NCBI GenBank assembly: GCA_030141605.1
Contig: JAQGDQ010001620.1
Location: 1 to 32,397 of the forward strand
Length of the DNA stretch: 32,397 nucleotides
Direction: 5' to 3'
Source of the DNA: Tubiluchus corallicola
Lineage: Eukaryota; Animalia; Priapulida
The translations under genes were made by a program, and so were the position numbers. Position 1 is the stretch's first letter; each line of letters opens with the position of its first letter. Positions 1 through 11,416 of this stretch are shown here, in pieces. Below the pieces are notes generated by a model. The model saw only the letters and a program-made list of their open reading frames with translations, was not told the DNA's origin and ran no database searches.

Positions 1-1053
1 AAAAGTGTGCGTTCCCCATCATCCAGTAAACAGATGAGGCCACTTTTTGTTTACTAAAATGTTTGATGAAGAAGAATTCAAGTAAAATAAATCAGCAATC
101 TTCACGTTTTTAAGCAAGGATAATGTGTAACAACCCAACAATAATGTCACTTGGATTTTGATTTTACTATAAACCTGGTGACGTAAGCATGAGGCAAATC
201 AGCCATATTCTGGTAAGTTATTTTCATTTTTTCCTTTTTATTTTACACGCTAGGGGCGCTATTACTATGTTCATTATAGATTCGCTATTGTTTTCGAAAG
301 TACCACATTGTTCGATATTATTATTATTATTTGCTATTTCTGTACCTCATTAGCATAGGTTACGTATCACTCTGGAACAAACTAGGGCTAATTATTTAAC
401 TAGGCCGAATTGTAATAAACTTCATTATTTGTTTTCCTTGCCTGGAATTTGTCTAGCAAATGACAATTGCTGCCATGAAAGTGCAAAATTCTTCCCAACA
501 ATTTCTTATTAGTAAACACGTAAAGTTGTCTACTAACAAACTAAAATGATGCGACTGATTTAAACAAACAAACAACAACAGAAGGAATTAAAAACTACGG
601 ATATTTCTCCGCCATATTGCTAGCATAAATCAGGCGTACGTTGGTGAAATTACTCCTCCCATTATTGGATTGCTTTGAAACGGTTACCACATTTTAAACT
701 AGCTGCAAAATTACAGACAATATGGGGTAGAAAACAGCGCGGAGAAAATCTGGCTACCACGCTATACATGCGAGATGGTAATAAATGTCCTCAATTATGA
801 AAACAGTTTGGCTTCTGAAACTACTAGTGAAGCCATCGGTTTAACACGCTCGGTAGGAGATATTTACTACGTTTACTTTAACGTTTGAATTATCAACATG
901 AGGGCTGAGAATTGTAGGCGTTTTAGCTGCAGGATTTAGAATCGTAAAAGTCAGATTTTGCGTAATACTGTCATGAAATACCAGAATCCCGCAGCCCACA
1001 CCACACGGGTATTATTATAATGGTGTATTGATCTTAACGAGTGCTTCTAGTAG

Positions 1054-1293
1054 TTAGTGGTAGAGGTAGTAATAGCGGTAGTAGTAGTAGTAGTGATAGT
1101 GGTAGAGATAGTGGTAGTTGTAGTGGTAGTGGTTGTTGTAGTGGTAATGGCAGTGGTAGTGGTAGTGGTAGTGGTAATGGTAGTGGTAGTGGTAGTGGTA
1201 GTAGTAGTAGTAGTAGTGGTAGTGGTAGTGGTAATGGCAGTGGCGGTGGTAGTGGTAGTAGTAGTAGTAGTGGATAGATCTTCCTATCTATCC

Positions 1294-1389
<96 letters not shown>

Positions 1390-1390
1390 C

Positions 1391-1446
<56 letters not shown>

Positions 1447-1488
1447 GTCTCTTTCTCCCTATCTATCTCTCTCTCTCTCTCGCTCTCT
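1054..1488. repeat. Compound microsatellite: (GTA/GTG)n followed by (CT)n
   Basis: gtagtg/gtagta repeats ~1054-1273, then (ct)n ~1296-1488; inverted counterpart at ~4430-4870. Source of the poly-V, SG and SL/ER ORFs. Confidence 0.95.
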
Positions 1489-1593
1489 CGTAACACAAAT
1501 TGCACACTCAGCAAACCAAGCACGCCCCGATTGTCTAACTTAAGTAAAAATTGTGCTATTTCTGCGTTGGTCAGAGTTACAGATTTCAGCTCG

Positions 1594-1664
1594 TGGCATG
1601 CATCAGTTACTGAGTAGTCAGTACTGGCATGCATCAGTTACTGAGCAGTCAGTTACTGGCATGC
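1594..1664. repeat. Short ~31-bp tandem repeat, ~2.3 copies
   Basis: tggcatgcatcagttactgagtagtcagtac repeated; mirrored at ~4255-4325. Confidence 0.85.
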
Positions 1665-2041
1665 ACATCCAATGTATTAACCCGATTAAACGCTCGTTGA
1701 TAGACTAATGTCAAGAGCTTTTTCAACCAGCCTTTCATTGCCATTAATGGAGATTGCAATCAGATAAACAATAGGTTTTGGCTGGAAGCCGCGTGGGTAA
1801 TTGGAAAACAAGAAACTGACATTTGACAGTGTATTGTACAGTTAGTTTTACTTCAATAATATTGGACGTTTATTAGTGTGACAAGAATGTCAGTGACAAT
1901 AACGATAAAAGTGTCAACTTTTTTAGCTTAGAAAGTGAAAATAAATTTTTAATAGAGAAATTTACTCGTGATTCGAGAAATAGAGGTAAATTTTCTATAA
2001 GCAGTAGGTTTCTATATACATTATTTCTATAAATACAATAT

Positions 2042-2377
2042 TTATTTGATGCTTTTGTGAAAATGCGCGATAGTGCTTCAACCTGGTGGTAAAGACGATA
2101 GCATCTGAGTGTTTCTTCATAAAAAGTGTATAGTCGTCGTGTCAAAGTATAAAGTGTATTATAGTTATGCTTATATTCACGAGTTTAATAATTTAGCGTT
2201 TCCGATAAATGTGAGAAATAATGCATCATGTGGAAAAGTTGGTGTAATAAAAAGTGGTTTTTCAATATAAAAGTAAAAAGCTGGTGTAATAAAAAGTGGT
2301 ACTTCAGTAAAAGTAAAAAGCTGGTGTAATAAAAAAGTGGTTCTTCACTAATAGTAAAAAGCTGGTGTAATAAAAAA
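2042..2377 (+). repeat. Block B (left copy): ~190 bp unique sequence plus ~3.5 copies of a 40-41 bp minisatellite
   Basis: Reverse complement of ~6145-6482; unit ctggtgtaataaaaagtggtacttcagtaaaagtaaaaag (2281-2320). Confidence 0.93.
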
Positions 2378-2822
2378 GATTCAATCAAATTCGTAAAAGG
2401 ACGATTTTTTTAAGTTTTAGAATTGAATCTAGAAAGCGCCAAAAACAAAACTATAGCAGCCTTGAAGAGCAGTGAATATTGTACAGCAAAAACTTTTACT
2501 AGTCAACAAAAGTTGCCAAACTGCTTTAAAATAAAAGTCAGTAAATTTTTCTAATATAAAATCTTTAGCACAAATGCTGCCCGTGCAGCATTACACAGCA
2601 TTGTAGCATTTACAGTTACGCGTCATTCGATTCAACTGAAAATAATTAACAATAATTCATTGTTAAGGGATGCAGTATCCATGTAATTTGTTGACCTATC
2701 CAAAATTGTAAAAAAAGAATCATAATATCAAATTACCAAAATGGAAAGCAAGAACTAAGACGAAGCGAAGTCTGCGCAATGCAATTCAAATTATTTCTAA
2801 ATTTTTAACGATTTTTTTCTAG

Positions 2823-2977
2823 CATTTGGTGTCTCCATCTTGAGCTATGCTGATGAAGTGCGCATTGGTGTCAGAGTTGATACATCCATCATGGATAATC
2901 CTGAGATCTTATGCGAGAAATTCCTAGAACATTTTCACAATCTGCAGAACGAAATCAACGCGAATACAGAACGATAA
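2823..2977 (+). CDS. Terminal coding exon of a WS/DGAT (wax ester synthase/diacylglycerol O-acyltransferase) family gene
   Basis: Strong acceptor tttttttctag (ends 2822), then phase-1 frame xFGVSILSYADEVRIGVRVDTSIMDNPEILCEKFLEHFHNLQNEINANTER* (TAA 2975-2977). Fits the WS/DGAT C-terminal pattern G[VI]S[IL]xSYxxxxxxG[VL]xxDxxxxxxPxxLxxxF, recognised from memory. No upstream exons found in the window. Confidence 0.85.
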
Positions 2978-3079
2978 CAAATTGATTCTGTGTTGCTGGA
3001 ATCATCGGCAATATTCGTATTTTCCTAAATATATAAAGTTTCTTCTAAAATGTAAGTGATTGAGTTGAAATGCTTCAAC

Positions 3080-3089
3080 AATAAATAAA
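3080..3089 (+). terminator. Candidate polyadenylation signal (overlapping AATAAA hexamers)
   Basis: aataaataaa ~100 nt after the WS/DGAT stop, followed by a T/GT-rich stretch at ~3115-3145. Confidence 0.55.
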
Positions 3090-3230
3090 GCTATAGAATT
3101 TTTTATATAACTAAGTTTCATTTTGTTTTCATTGTTTGATTTGCTGGGCAAATTATAAAAAAGCGATGAGTTAGCTGCTCTTTCTGTTAAACAAACTTAG
3201 CAAATATATACGCGCTACTCGATATAAAAA

Positions 3231-3807
3231 CATGTTATCACCAGTCACATCATCACATCACATCACATGTTATCACCAATCACATCATCACATCACATCA
3301 CATGTTATCACCAATCACATCATCACGTCACATCACATGTTATCACCAGTCACATCATCACGTCACATCACATGTTATCACCAGTCACATCATCACGTCA
3401 CATCACATGTTATCACCAATCACATCATCACATCACATCACATGTTATCACCAATCACATCATCACATCACATCACATCACCAATCACATCATCACATCA
3501 CATCACATGTTATCACCAATCACATCATCACATCACATTACATGTTATCACCAATCACATCATCACATCGCATGTTATCACCAATCACATCATCACATCA
3601 CATTTTATCACCAGTCACATCATCACGTCATATCATCACGTCACATCACATGTTATCACCAATCACATCATCATATCACATGTTATCACCAATCACATCA
3701 TCACATCACATCACACGTTATCACCAATCACATCACATCACATCACATGTTATCACCAATCACATCATCACGTCACATCACATGTTATCACCAATCATCA
3801 TCACATC
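3231..3807. repeat. Minisatellite, ~35-bp unit built from CACAT pentamers
   Basis: catgttatcaccaatcacatcatcacatcacatca, ~16-17 copies with variable pentamer number; yields His-rich ORFs in all three + frames. Confidence 0.95.
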
Positions 3808-3873
3808 CTAAGAATGCGCAAAGATAACAACATACAAGAGATTGTCCACAAAAACTTTAAAAAACGTATATAG

Positions 3874-4468
3874 AAATATTGCTTATTTATAGAAATAATG
3901 TATATAGAAACCTACTGCTTATAGAAAATTTACCTCTATTTCTCGAATCACGAGTAAATTTCTCTATTAAAAATTTATTTTCACTTTCTAAGCTAAAAAA
4001 GTTGACACTTTTATCGTTATTGTCACTGACATTCTTGTCACACTAATAAACGTCCAATATTATTGAAGTAAAACTAACTGTACAATACACTGTCAAATGT
4101 CAGTTTCTTGTTTTCCAATTACCCACGCGGCTTCCAGCCAAAACCTATTGTTTATCTGATTGCAATCTCCATTAATGGCAATGAAAGGCTGGTTGAAAAA
4201 GCTCTTGACATTAGTCTATCAACGAGCGTTTAATCGGGTTAATACATTGGATGTGCATGCCAGTAACTGACTGCTCAGTAACTGATGCATGCCAGTACTG
4301 ACTACTCAGTAACTGATGCATGCCACGAGCTGAAATCTGTAACTCTGACCAACGCAGAAATAGCACAATTTTTACTTAAGTTAGACAATCGGGGCGTGCT
4401 TGGTTTGCTGAGTGTGCAATTTGTGTTACGAGAGAGCGAGAGAGAGAGAGAGAGATAGATAGGGAGAA

Positions 4469-4531
<63 letters not shown>

Positions 4532-4532
4532 G

Positions 4533-4592
<60 letters not shown>

Positions 4593-5932
4593 ATAGATAG
4601 GAAGATCTATCCACTACTACTACTACTACTACCACCGCCACTGCCATTACCACTACCACTACCACTACTACTACTACTACCACTACCACTACCACTACCA
4701 CTACCACTACCACTACCACTACCACTACCACTGCCATTACCACTACAACTACCACTGCCACTACTACTACTACTACCGCTACTACCACTACCACTACCAC
4801 TACAACTATCACTATCTCTACCACTACCACTACTACTACTACTACCGCTATTACTACCTCTACCACTAACTACTAGAAGCACTCGTTAAGATCAATAGAC
4901 CATTATAATAATACCCGTGTGGTGTGGGCTGCGGGATTCTGGTATTTCATGACAGTATTACGCAAAATCTGACTTTTACGATTCTAAATCCTCCAGCTAA
5001 AACGCCTACAATTCGCAACCCTCATGTTGATAATTTAAACGTTAAAGTAAACGTAGTAAATATCTCCTACCGAGCGTGTTAAACCGATGGCTTCACTAGT
5101 AGTATCAGAAGCCAAACTGTTTTCATAATTCAGGACATTTATTACCATCTCGCATGTATAGCGTGGTAGCCAGATTTTCTCCGCGCTGTTTTCTACCCCA
5201 TATTGTCTGTAATTTTGCAGCTAGTTAAAAATGTGGTAACCGTTTCAAAGCACTCCAATAATGGGAGGAGTAATTTCACCAACGTACGCCTGATTTATGC
5301 TAGCAATATGGCGGAGAAATCTCCGTAGTTTTTAATTCCTTCTGTTGTTGTTTGTTTGTTTAAATCAGTCGCATCATTTTAGTTTGTTAGTAGACAACTT
5401 TACGTGTTTACTAATAAGAAATTGTTGGGAAGAATTTTGCACTTTCATGGCAGCAATTGTCATTTGCTAGACAAATTCCAGGCAAGGAAAACAAATAATG
5501 AAGCTTATTACAATTCGGCCTAGTTAAATAATTAGCCCTAGTTTGTTCCAGAGTGATACGTAACCTATGCTAATGAGGTACAGAAATAGCAAAAAATTAT
5601 AATATCGAACAATGTGTTACTTTCGAAAACAATAGCGAATCTATAATGAACATAGTAATAGCGCCCCTAGCGTGTAAAATAAAAAGGAAAAAATGAAAAT
5701 AACTTACCAGAATATGGCTGATTTGCCTCATGCTTACGTCACCAGGTTTATAGTAAAATCAAAATCCAAGTGACATTATTGTTGGGTTGTTACACATTAT
5801 CCTTGCTTATAAACGTGCAGATTACTGATTTATTTTTCTTGAATTCTTCTTCATCAAACAGTTTAGTAAACAAAAAGTGGCCTACACTAGGCCTACAATC
5901 TGTTTACTGGATGATGGGGAACGCACACTTTT
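3874..5932 (-). repeat. Long inverted repeat IR1, right arm (block A')
   Basis: Reverse complement of 1-2043, including the same compound microsatellite. Confidence 0.97.
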
Positions 5933-6482
5933 ACTGAAGAACCATTTTTTTATTACACCAGTTTTTTACTTTTACTGAAGAACCACTTTTTTGTTACACC
6001 AGCTTTTTACTTTTACTGAAGAACCACTTTTTTGTAACACCAGCTTTTTACTTTTAGTGAAAAACCACTTTTTTGTTACACCAGCTTTTTACTTTTACTG
6101 AAGAACCACTTTTTATTACGCCAGCTTTTTACTTTTACTGAAGAACCACTTTTTTATTACACCAGCTTTTTACTTTTAGTGAAGAACCACTTTTTTATTA
6201 CACCAGCTTTTTACTTTTACTGAAGTACCACTTTTTATTACACCAGCTTTTTACTTTTATATTGAAAAACCACTTTTTATTACACCAACTTTTTCACATG
6301 ATGCATTATTTCTCACATTTATCGGAAACACTAAATTATTATGCTGGTGATAAGCATAACTATAATACACTTTATACTTTGACCCGACGACTATACACTT
6401 TTTATGAAGAAACACTCAGATGCTATCGTCTTTACCACCAGGTTGAAGCACTATCGCGCATTTTCACAAAAGCATCAAATAA
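5929..6482 (-). repeat. Block B' (right copy): ~9 copies of the 40-41 bp minisatellite plus ~190 bp unique sequence
   Basis: ttttactgaagaaccacttttttattacaccagctttttac array 5929-~6295, then inverted match to 2042-2230. Confidence 0.93.
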
Positions 6483-6923
6483 GAAATTATGCACTATGCA
6501 CCCCCCCCCCATTTATACACAATATTTAAGACTAAACTCTTAAACTTCACTATTCATTTTTTCGTAGAGACAGTTTAGTTATATCACATTGAATTTACAC
6601 ATCTGATGTATAGACTAACGGTGAAACTTTCTCTATGACTTCATTCACACATTCATAGAGAACAAGCGAACATAAACTCAATGAAGAAGTGTTGTGAATA
6701 TAAGATTTCATTCTGCAGTTGCAGTCACAATTTTGTGAAGTTCACGATTACAGAACTTCTCGGTAGAACCGTTTTAACCATATCATCTGAACCTCCAACC
6801 ATATTTGCTCAGACTTACTAAACGAACAGAAGATTATGATATCTTCTAAAATGATGAACTATCATCTGCTATTTTTCCATAATAGCCTTTCATTTACTTC
6901 ACATTTTTTGCAATTTGAAGCTT

Positions 6924-8113
6924 TAAAGATCGCGGATAAATGCAGCTGTGCTTTAAACGTGAAGGTGTTCGCACGAACGAAGAACTCGAACACGAAACTC
7001 CGTCGCATTAAAGATCGCTGCTAAATGCAGCTGTGCTTTAAACGTGAAGGTGTTCACAGAAACGAAGAACTCGAACACGAAACTCCGTCACATTAAAGAT
7101 CGCTGATAAATGCAGCTGTGCTTTAATCATGAAGGTGTTCACAGAAACGAAGAACTCGAACACGAAACTCCGTCACATTAAAGATCGCTGCTAAATGCAG
7201 CTGTGCTTTAATCATGAAGGTTTTCACACGAACGAAGAATTCGAACACGAAACTCCGTCACATTAAAGATCGCTGCTAAATGCAGCTGTGCTTCAATCAT
7301 GAAGGTTTTCACAGAAACGAAGAACTCGAACACGAAACTCCGTCACATTAAAGATCGCTGCTAAATGCAGCTGTGCTTTAATCGTGAAGGTTTTCACACG
7401 AACGAAGAATTCGAACACGAAACTCCGTCACATTAAAGATCGCTGCTAAATGCAGCTGTGCTTCAATCATGAAGGTTTTCACAGAAACGAAGAACTCGAA
7501 CACGAAACTCCGTCACATTAAAGATCGCTGCTAAATGCAGCTGTGCTTCAATCATGAAGGTTTTCACAGAAACAAAGAATCCGAACACGAAACTCCATCG
7601 CATTAAAGATCGCTACTAAATGCAGCTGTGCTTTAATCATGAAGGTGTTCACAGAAACGAAGAACTCGAACACGAAACTCCATCGCATTAAAGATCGCTA
7701 CTAAATGCAGCTGTGCATTAATCATGAAGGTGTTCACAGAAACGAAGAACTCGAACACGAAACTCCATCGCATTAAAGATCGCTGCTAAATGCAGCTGTG
7801 CTTTAATCATGAAGGTGTTCACAGAAACGAACAACTCGAACACGAAACTCCATTGCATTAAAGATCGCTACTAAATGCAGCTGCGCTTTAATCATGAAGG
7901 TGTTCACAGAAACGAACAACTCGAACACGAAACTCCATCGCATTAAAGATCGCTACTAAATGCAGCTGTGCTTTAATCATGAAGATGTTCACATAAACAA
8001 AGAACTCGAACACGAAACTCCATCGCATTAAAGATCGCTGATAAATGCAGCTGCGCTTTAATCATGAAGGTGTTCACAGGAACGAAGAACTCGAACACGA
8101 AGCTCCGTTGCAT
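6924..8113. repeat. 85-bp tandem satellite, 14 copies
   Basis: taaagatcgc recurs at 6924, 7009, 7094... (period 85); unit taaagatcgctgctaaatgcagctgtgctttaatcatgaaggtgttcacagaaacgaagaactcgaacacgaaactccgtcacat. Confidence 0.96.
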
Positions 8114-8432
8114 TTTATCTAATAACTTACGCACATTATATCCAATCACAACTCAGAAAACTCTACTTTTTCACAGGTGAGCTTGGACAGTGTGAACATG
8201 GATAATTGACTTCAATTCCATGTACCTGAAACATAAAATATAATCTTAAATTTTTTGCAAAAATGCGCAGCACAAAAGTTTCTCCCGCGTCCCAAATAGA
8301 GACTTCCCTTCCAGTTGAATAGCTTTAGTCAGGATACGATTATTCCAGTTAAGCATCTTGGGCACCTTAGTCTTGACCAAGAATGTTGCTTTACCAAGGA
8401 GCTTTGAGCTCGAAATCCATTGTTGTAACTTA

Positions 8433-9446
8433 AGTTAGTGAACGAGGATTAGTATAACAATCTAATATTCTGCTAGTATAACAGTTGCTATAGATGAGTT
8501 TTAGGAAAATAATTAGGAAAATTTTATTTCAAACTAAGCGTAAAAACGTATCTGCAAACAGACAATTATATCCTGTCTTTTGAAATTAATCTTTTAGTGC
8601 TTTTCGTTCCTTCTCAGTGCACCATTGATTAGCAGTGGGCGGGGGGGAGTGGGGCAATGGACAGAGTCTTGTGTTATGAGCATTCTTTAGCTTTTAGGTC
8701 TTATTATCTGATCCATACATAGATAAGCGTGCATCCCCGAAATGCCTTCTGCCCTTGTGTTGTGAAGACACTACTTACCCTCCTCTGCCACTTGCTTTTC
8801 TTTTGCTATCCTTCTTACAAATTGAAGATTTCCGTTTCCTGTTCGACCATAAGGATTAAAAAGTACGGATCACATCAAAATCAAAACAGAACGATATCAT
8901 AGTTAATACAGATCATATCCCTAGTTTGTTTACTTACGGTTTTGGCTTCTGTGTGTTGTACTGTCCACAAAAGTCCCATTTAAAAACACTGAATTATTTG
9001 CATAAAGCCACATCCTTCATGTTACTCTGTTTCAACTAATATTAGGGTTGCCTAGACAACAGTTACTAAGACAACTTTTGTTGAATGCGTCACTCCTGAC
9101 GATGATGATGCAACATGTCGTTGTCATGTTACAGTTGCTAAGGGATCCATATCTATGTGTGGATCAGATAATAAGACCTAAAACTAAAGAATGCTCGTAA
9201 CACAAGAGTCTGTCCATTGCCCCCCCCCCCCCCGTTGCTAATCAATGGTGCACTGAGAAGGAACGAAAATCACTAAAAGATTAACCTCACAAGACAGGAT
9301 ATAATTGACTGTTTGCAGATACGTTTTTACTGACGCTTAGTTTGAAATAAAATTTTTCCTAATTATTTTCCTAAAACTCATTCATAGCAATAGCTATACT
9401 AGCAGAAGAAGAAACTGCATTGCAATTAAATCCGCGTTCACTAACT
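8433..9446. mobile_element. Non-autonomous DNA transposon with ~290-bp terminal inverted repeats and TTA target duplication (PIF/Harbinger-like)
   Basis: Starts AGTTAGTGAACG, ends CGTTCACTAACT; 8433-8725 is an imperfect inverted match to 9150-9446; tta at 8430-8432 and 9447-9449. Superfamily inferred from the 3-bp TWA TSD only. Confidence 0.8.
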
Positions 9447-9689
9447 TTATTATAGAAGATTCCGAAGTTTAAACACTTATAGAAAAACGTTCTGGCAAAG
9501 ACTCATCACGACTACTCTCAAAATTTGCTCCAGAGTTGCCAAAACGAACAGAAAACACAGGAATTTGGAAGTCATATCTGTGTGATTTAAGCAACAATGA
9601 CAAAGGCAACCTTTCGGTCAAACCTTTGAGTACAGAGCTGACCAAAATCCAATCACCTTTGAAATGACGAAAACACAGTAAAGTCACTT

Positions 9690-10620
9690 TTGTTCACTTT
9701 AGTAAAGCTGCTGTTTTGAACACTTTGAAAGAGGTAAACTTAACAGTGGAGCTGACAAAATGTAAAAAAATATTTACGACACAGTTGTCGGTGATCTTTG
9801 AGGATTTTCTGATGAAATTCAGAAAGGCGTTTCCTTTGCAAAAATCCCAGTGATCTCTTATATATATATAATAATCTTTACTTGCCATTAAAATACATTG
9901 ATAATCACTGATAAAAACTTTACAGAGATGATCAATCAGTGTTAGTTACTTGCAATAAAAACTTACACTGCTGAGGGCAAATGCGTCAGTGCAATCTAAA
10001 CTACTGTGCAGTAATGGAAAGTAACGACGAATAAAATCAAACATATTCACAACTATGCACAAAAAATGAAAAACTTATGATTTAATTAATATGGCCGTGG
10101 ATATAGAAATTCTGAATTAGTGTGTATGTTGTCGTACTGGTGTGATGGTATTTCATATCTGGTTAATATTAGTGATTTTAATTTTGTTTTAAATGCTGAT
10201 AGGGACTTGATTTGTTTAACCTGTAATGGTAGAGAATTCCAAAGTAGAATTGCTTGTTTGATTACAGAGTTCGTTCCGTAGTGGGTATTTTAATGTTCTG
10301 CGATCTGCAATCTTGAATATTGTTAAATGAAACTCGTTTACGGAACTACATTTCTGACAAACTGCACTCATCTATACCTCAAGGTCCACCAGCTTGCTTT
10401 TCAACCCAGAATTTCCTAGAAAACCTATCACTAGAACTATAACAGCAACGACTTATTAGCAAAAATGGTTATTTTGTTCAGTGACCATTCTCCCAATGTA
10501 AGATAATTGCGGTTAAAATAATTACAAATTTATCAAAGCAATCATCAATTACATAATATGCAGCCCACCACACCCGCGTCATCAGGAGGAACTTGACCAG
10601 ATTAATGATGTTTTGTGGTA
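9690..10620 (+). pseudogene. Possible highly degraded Ty3/gypsy pol relic, interrupted by a LINE
   Basis: ~9707-9765 reads AAVLNTLKEVNLTVELTKC (like gypsy RT VLxRLxxANLTVNLxKC); ~10555-10615 reads CSPPHPRHQEELDQINDVL (like integrase SPYHPxSQGxxERxNxxL). Short motifs, many stops. Confidence 0.3.
9858..10290 (-). mobile_element. 5'-truncated CR1/L2-group LINE 3' end, copy 1, (TA)n tail
   Basis: Minus strand encodes ...HYGTNSVIKQAILLWNSLPLQVKQIKSLSAFKTKLK..., the typical ORF2 C-terminus (WNxLP...FKxKLK), then 3' UTR and (ta)n at 9858-9870; near-identical to three other copies. Confidence 0.88.
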
Positions 10621-11416
10621 TAAATGCCATTAGAATTGAATAGAAAAGATACGTATAAATTAACTCATAGTGTTTAATGTGTAATTTTTTTGAATACTGT
10701 TTAGTTAGCTGAATTGTTTACCGTACTCTTTGCTAACTGTTTCAAAGTTTTTTTTTTGGGGGGGGGCTTACTTTGGTGTGACCGCTAGATAAGCTTAAAT
10801 TAAAATGCTTACACATATCTGCTTCAAGTACAAGTTTCGTAATGGCGACTGTTGCTCACATTTTCTGCTCACTCAGACTCAAGCTGCCCCTTTTTGCTGA
10901 TAGTTTATTGCAGTTAAATGGGTTGTTTAAAATAAAATAACGACTTTATTAGCTTAACTAGACATTGCTTTGAATTCTTAGATCTTTCCGCCTTGATTCT
11001 GGCGCAAAAACGGCAGCGTGGAATGCATCGATTATTTATACTGTTTTTATTGCTCAGAAATACCGCAATTTGCCAATTATGATTCACAGGACGAACAACT
11101 GCGATTTTTGTGGTAAATTTGCCTGCAGAATAATTGGCATCATTTCCTAATTGTAATTATAAAACAGGATTTGGAAATATAAAAGACGATTTCGCGGTAC
11201 ATGCAATTTTAATGCCAGTTTCACAGTGGATTTCTAACAAGATACGAGCAATTCGTCATCATTAAATTGACTAGATTTTCCTTGAAACTCTGCTGTAGAG
11301 GCTGGTTATGGTGTGACAAATTACAAAAACATATTAATATGTGAACACTAAACGGGTTTCTAACGTAATGAAAGTGGAAAATACTTCCTCTATGATGCCT
11401 TATCACGTACTTTATA

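Larger units (their letters stand above)
1..2043 (+). repeat. Long inverted repeat IR1, left arm (block A)
   Basis: 1-35 (aaaagtgtgcgttccccatcatccagtaaacagat) is the reverse complement of 5898-5932; the match continues co-linearly to ~2043 / 3874 with only scattered substitutions, small indels and microsatellite length differences. May extend left of the window. Confidence 0.97.

Noticed and set aside
150-218. Donor-like ctg|gtaagt as the penultimate WS/DGAT exon
   Set aside because: The phase-1 frame needed to join 2823 has a stop shortly upstream and no SNVPGP-like motif.
1041-1634. Poly-V, SG-rich and SL/ER ORFs (also 4426-4882)
   Set aside because: Translations of (GTA/GTG)n and (CT)n microsatellites, open in several frames on both strands.
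3232-3873. His-rich 169-213 aa ORFs
   Set aside because: 35-bp minisatellite open in all three frames; unit not a multiple of 3; no splice or homology support.
6924-8113. CRISPR-like regular array
   Set aside because: Whole 85-bp unit repeats with no unique spacers, no cas genes, eukaryotic context. Same applies to the 47-bp and 34+18-bp arrays.
8163-8225. Minus-strand acceptor followed by VHGIEVNYPCSHCPSSPVKK*
   Set aside because: CxxC is suggestive but only 20 codons, lacks the His pair of a C2H2 finger and has no partner exon.
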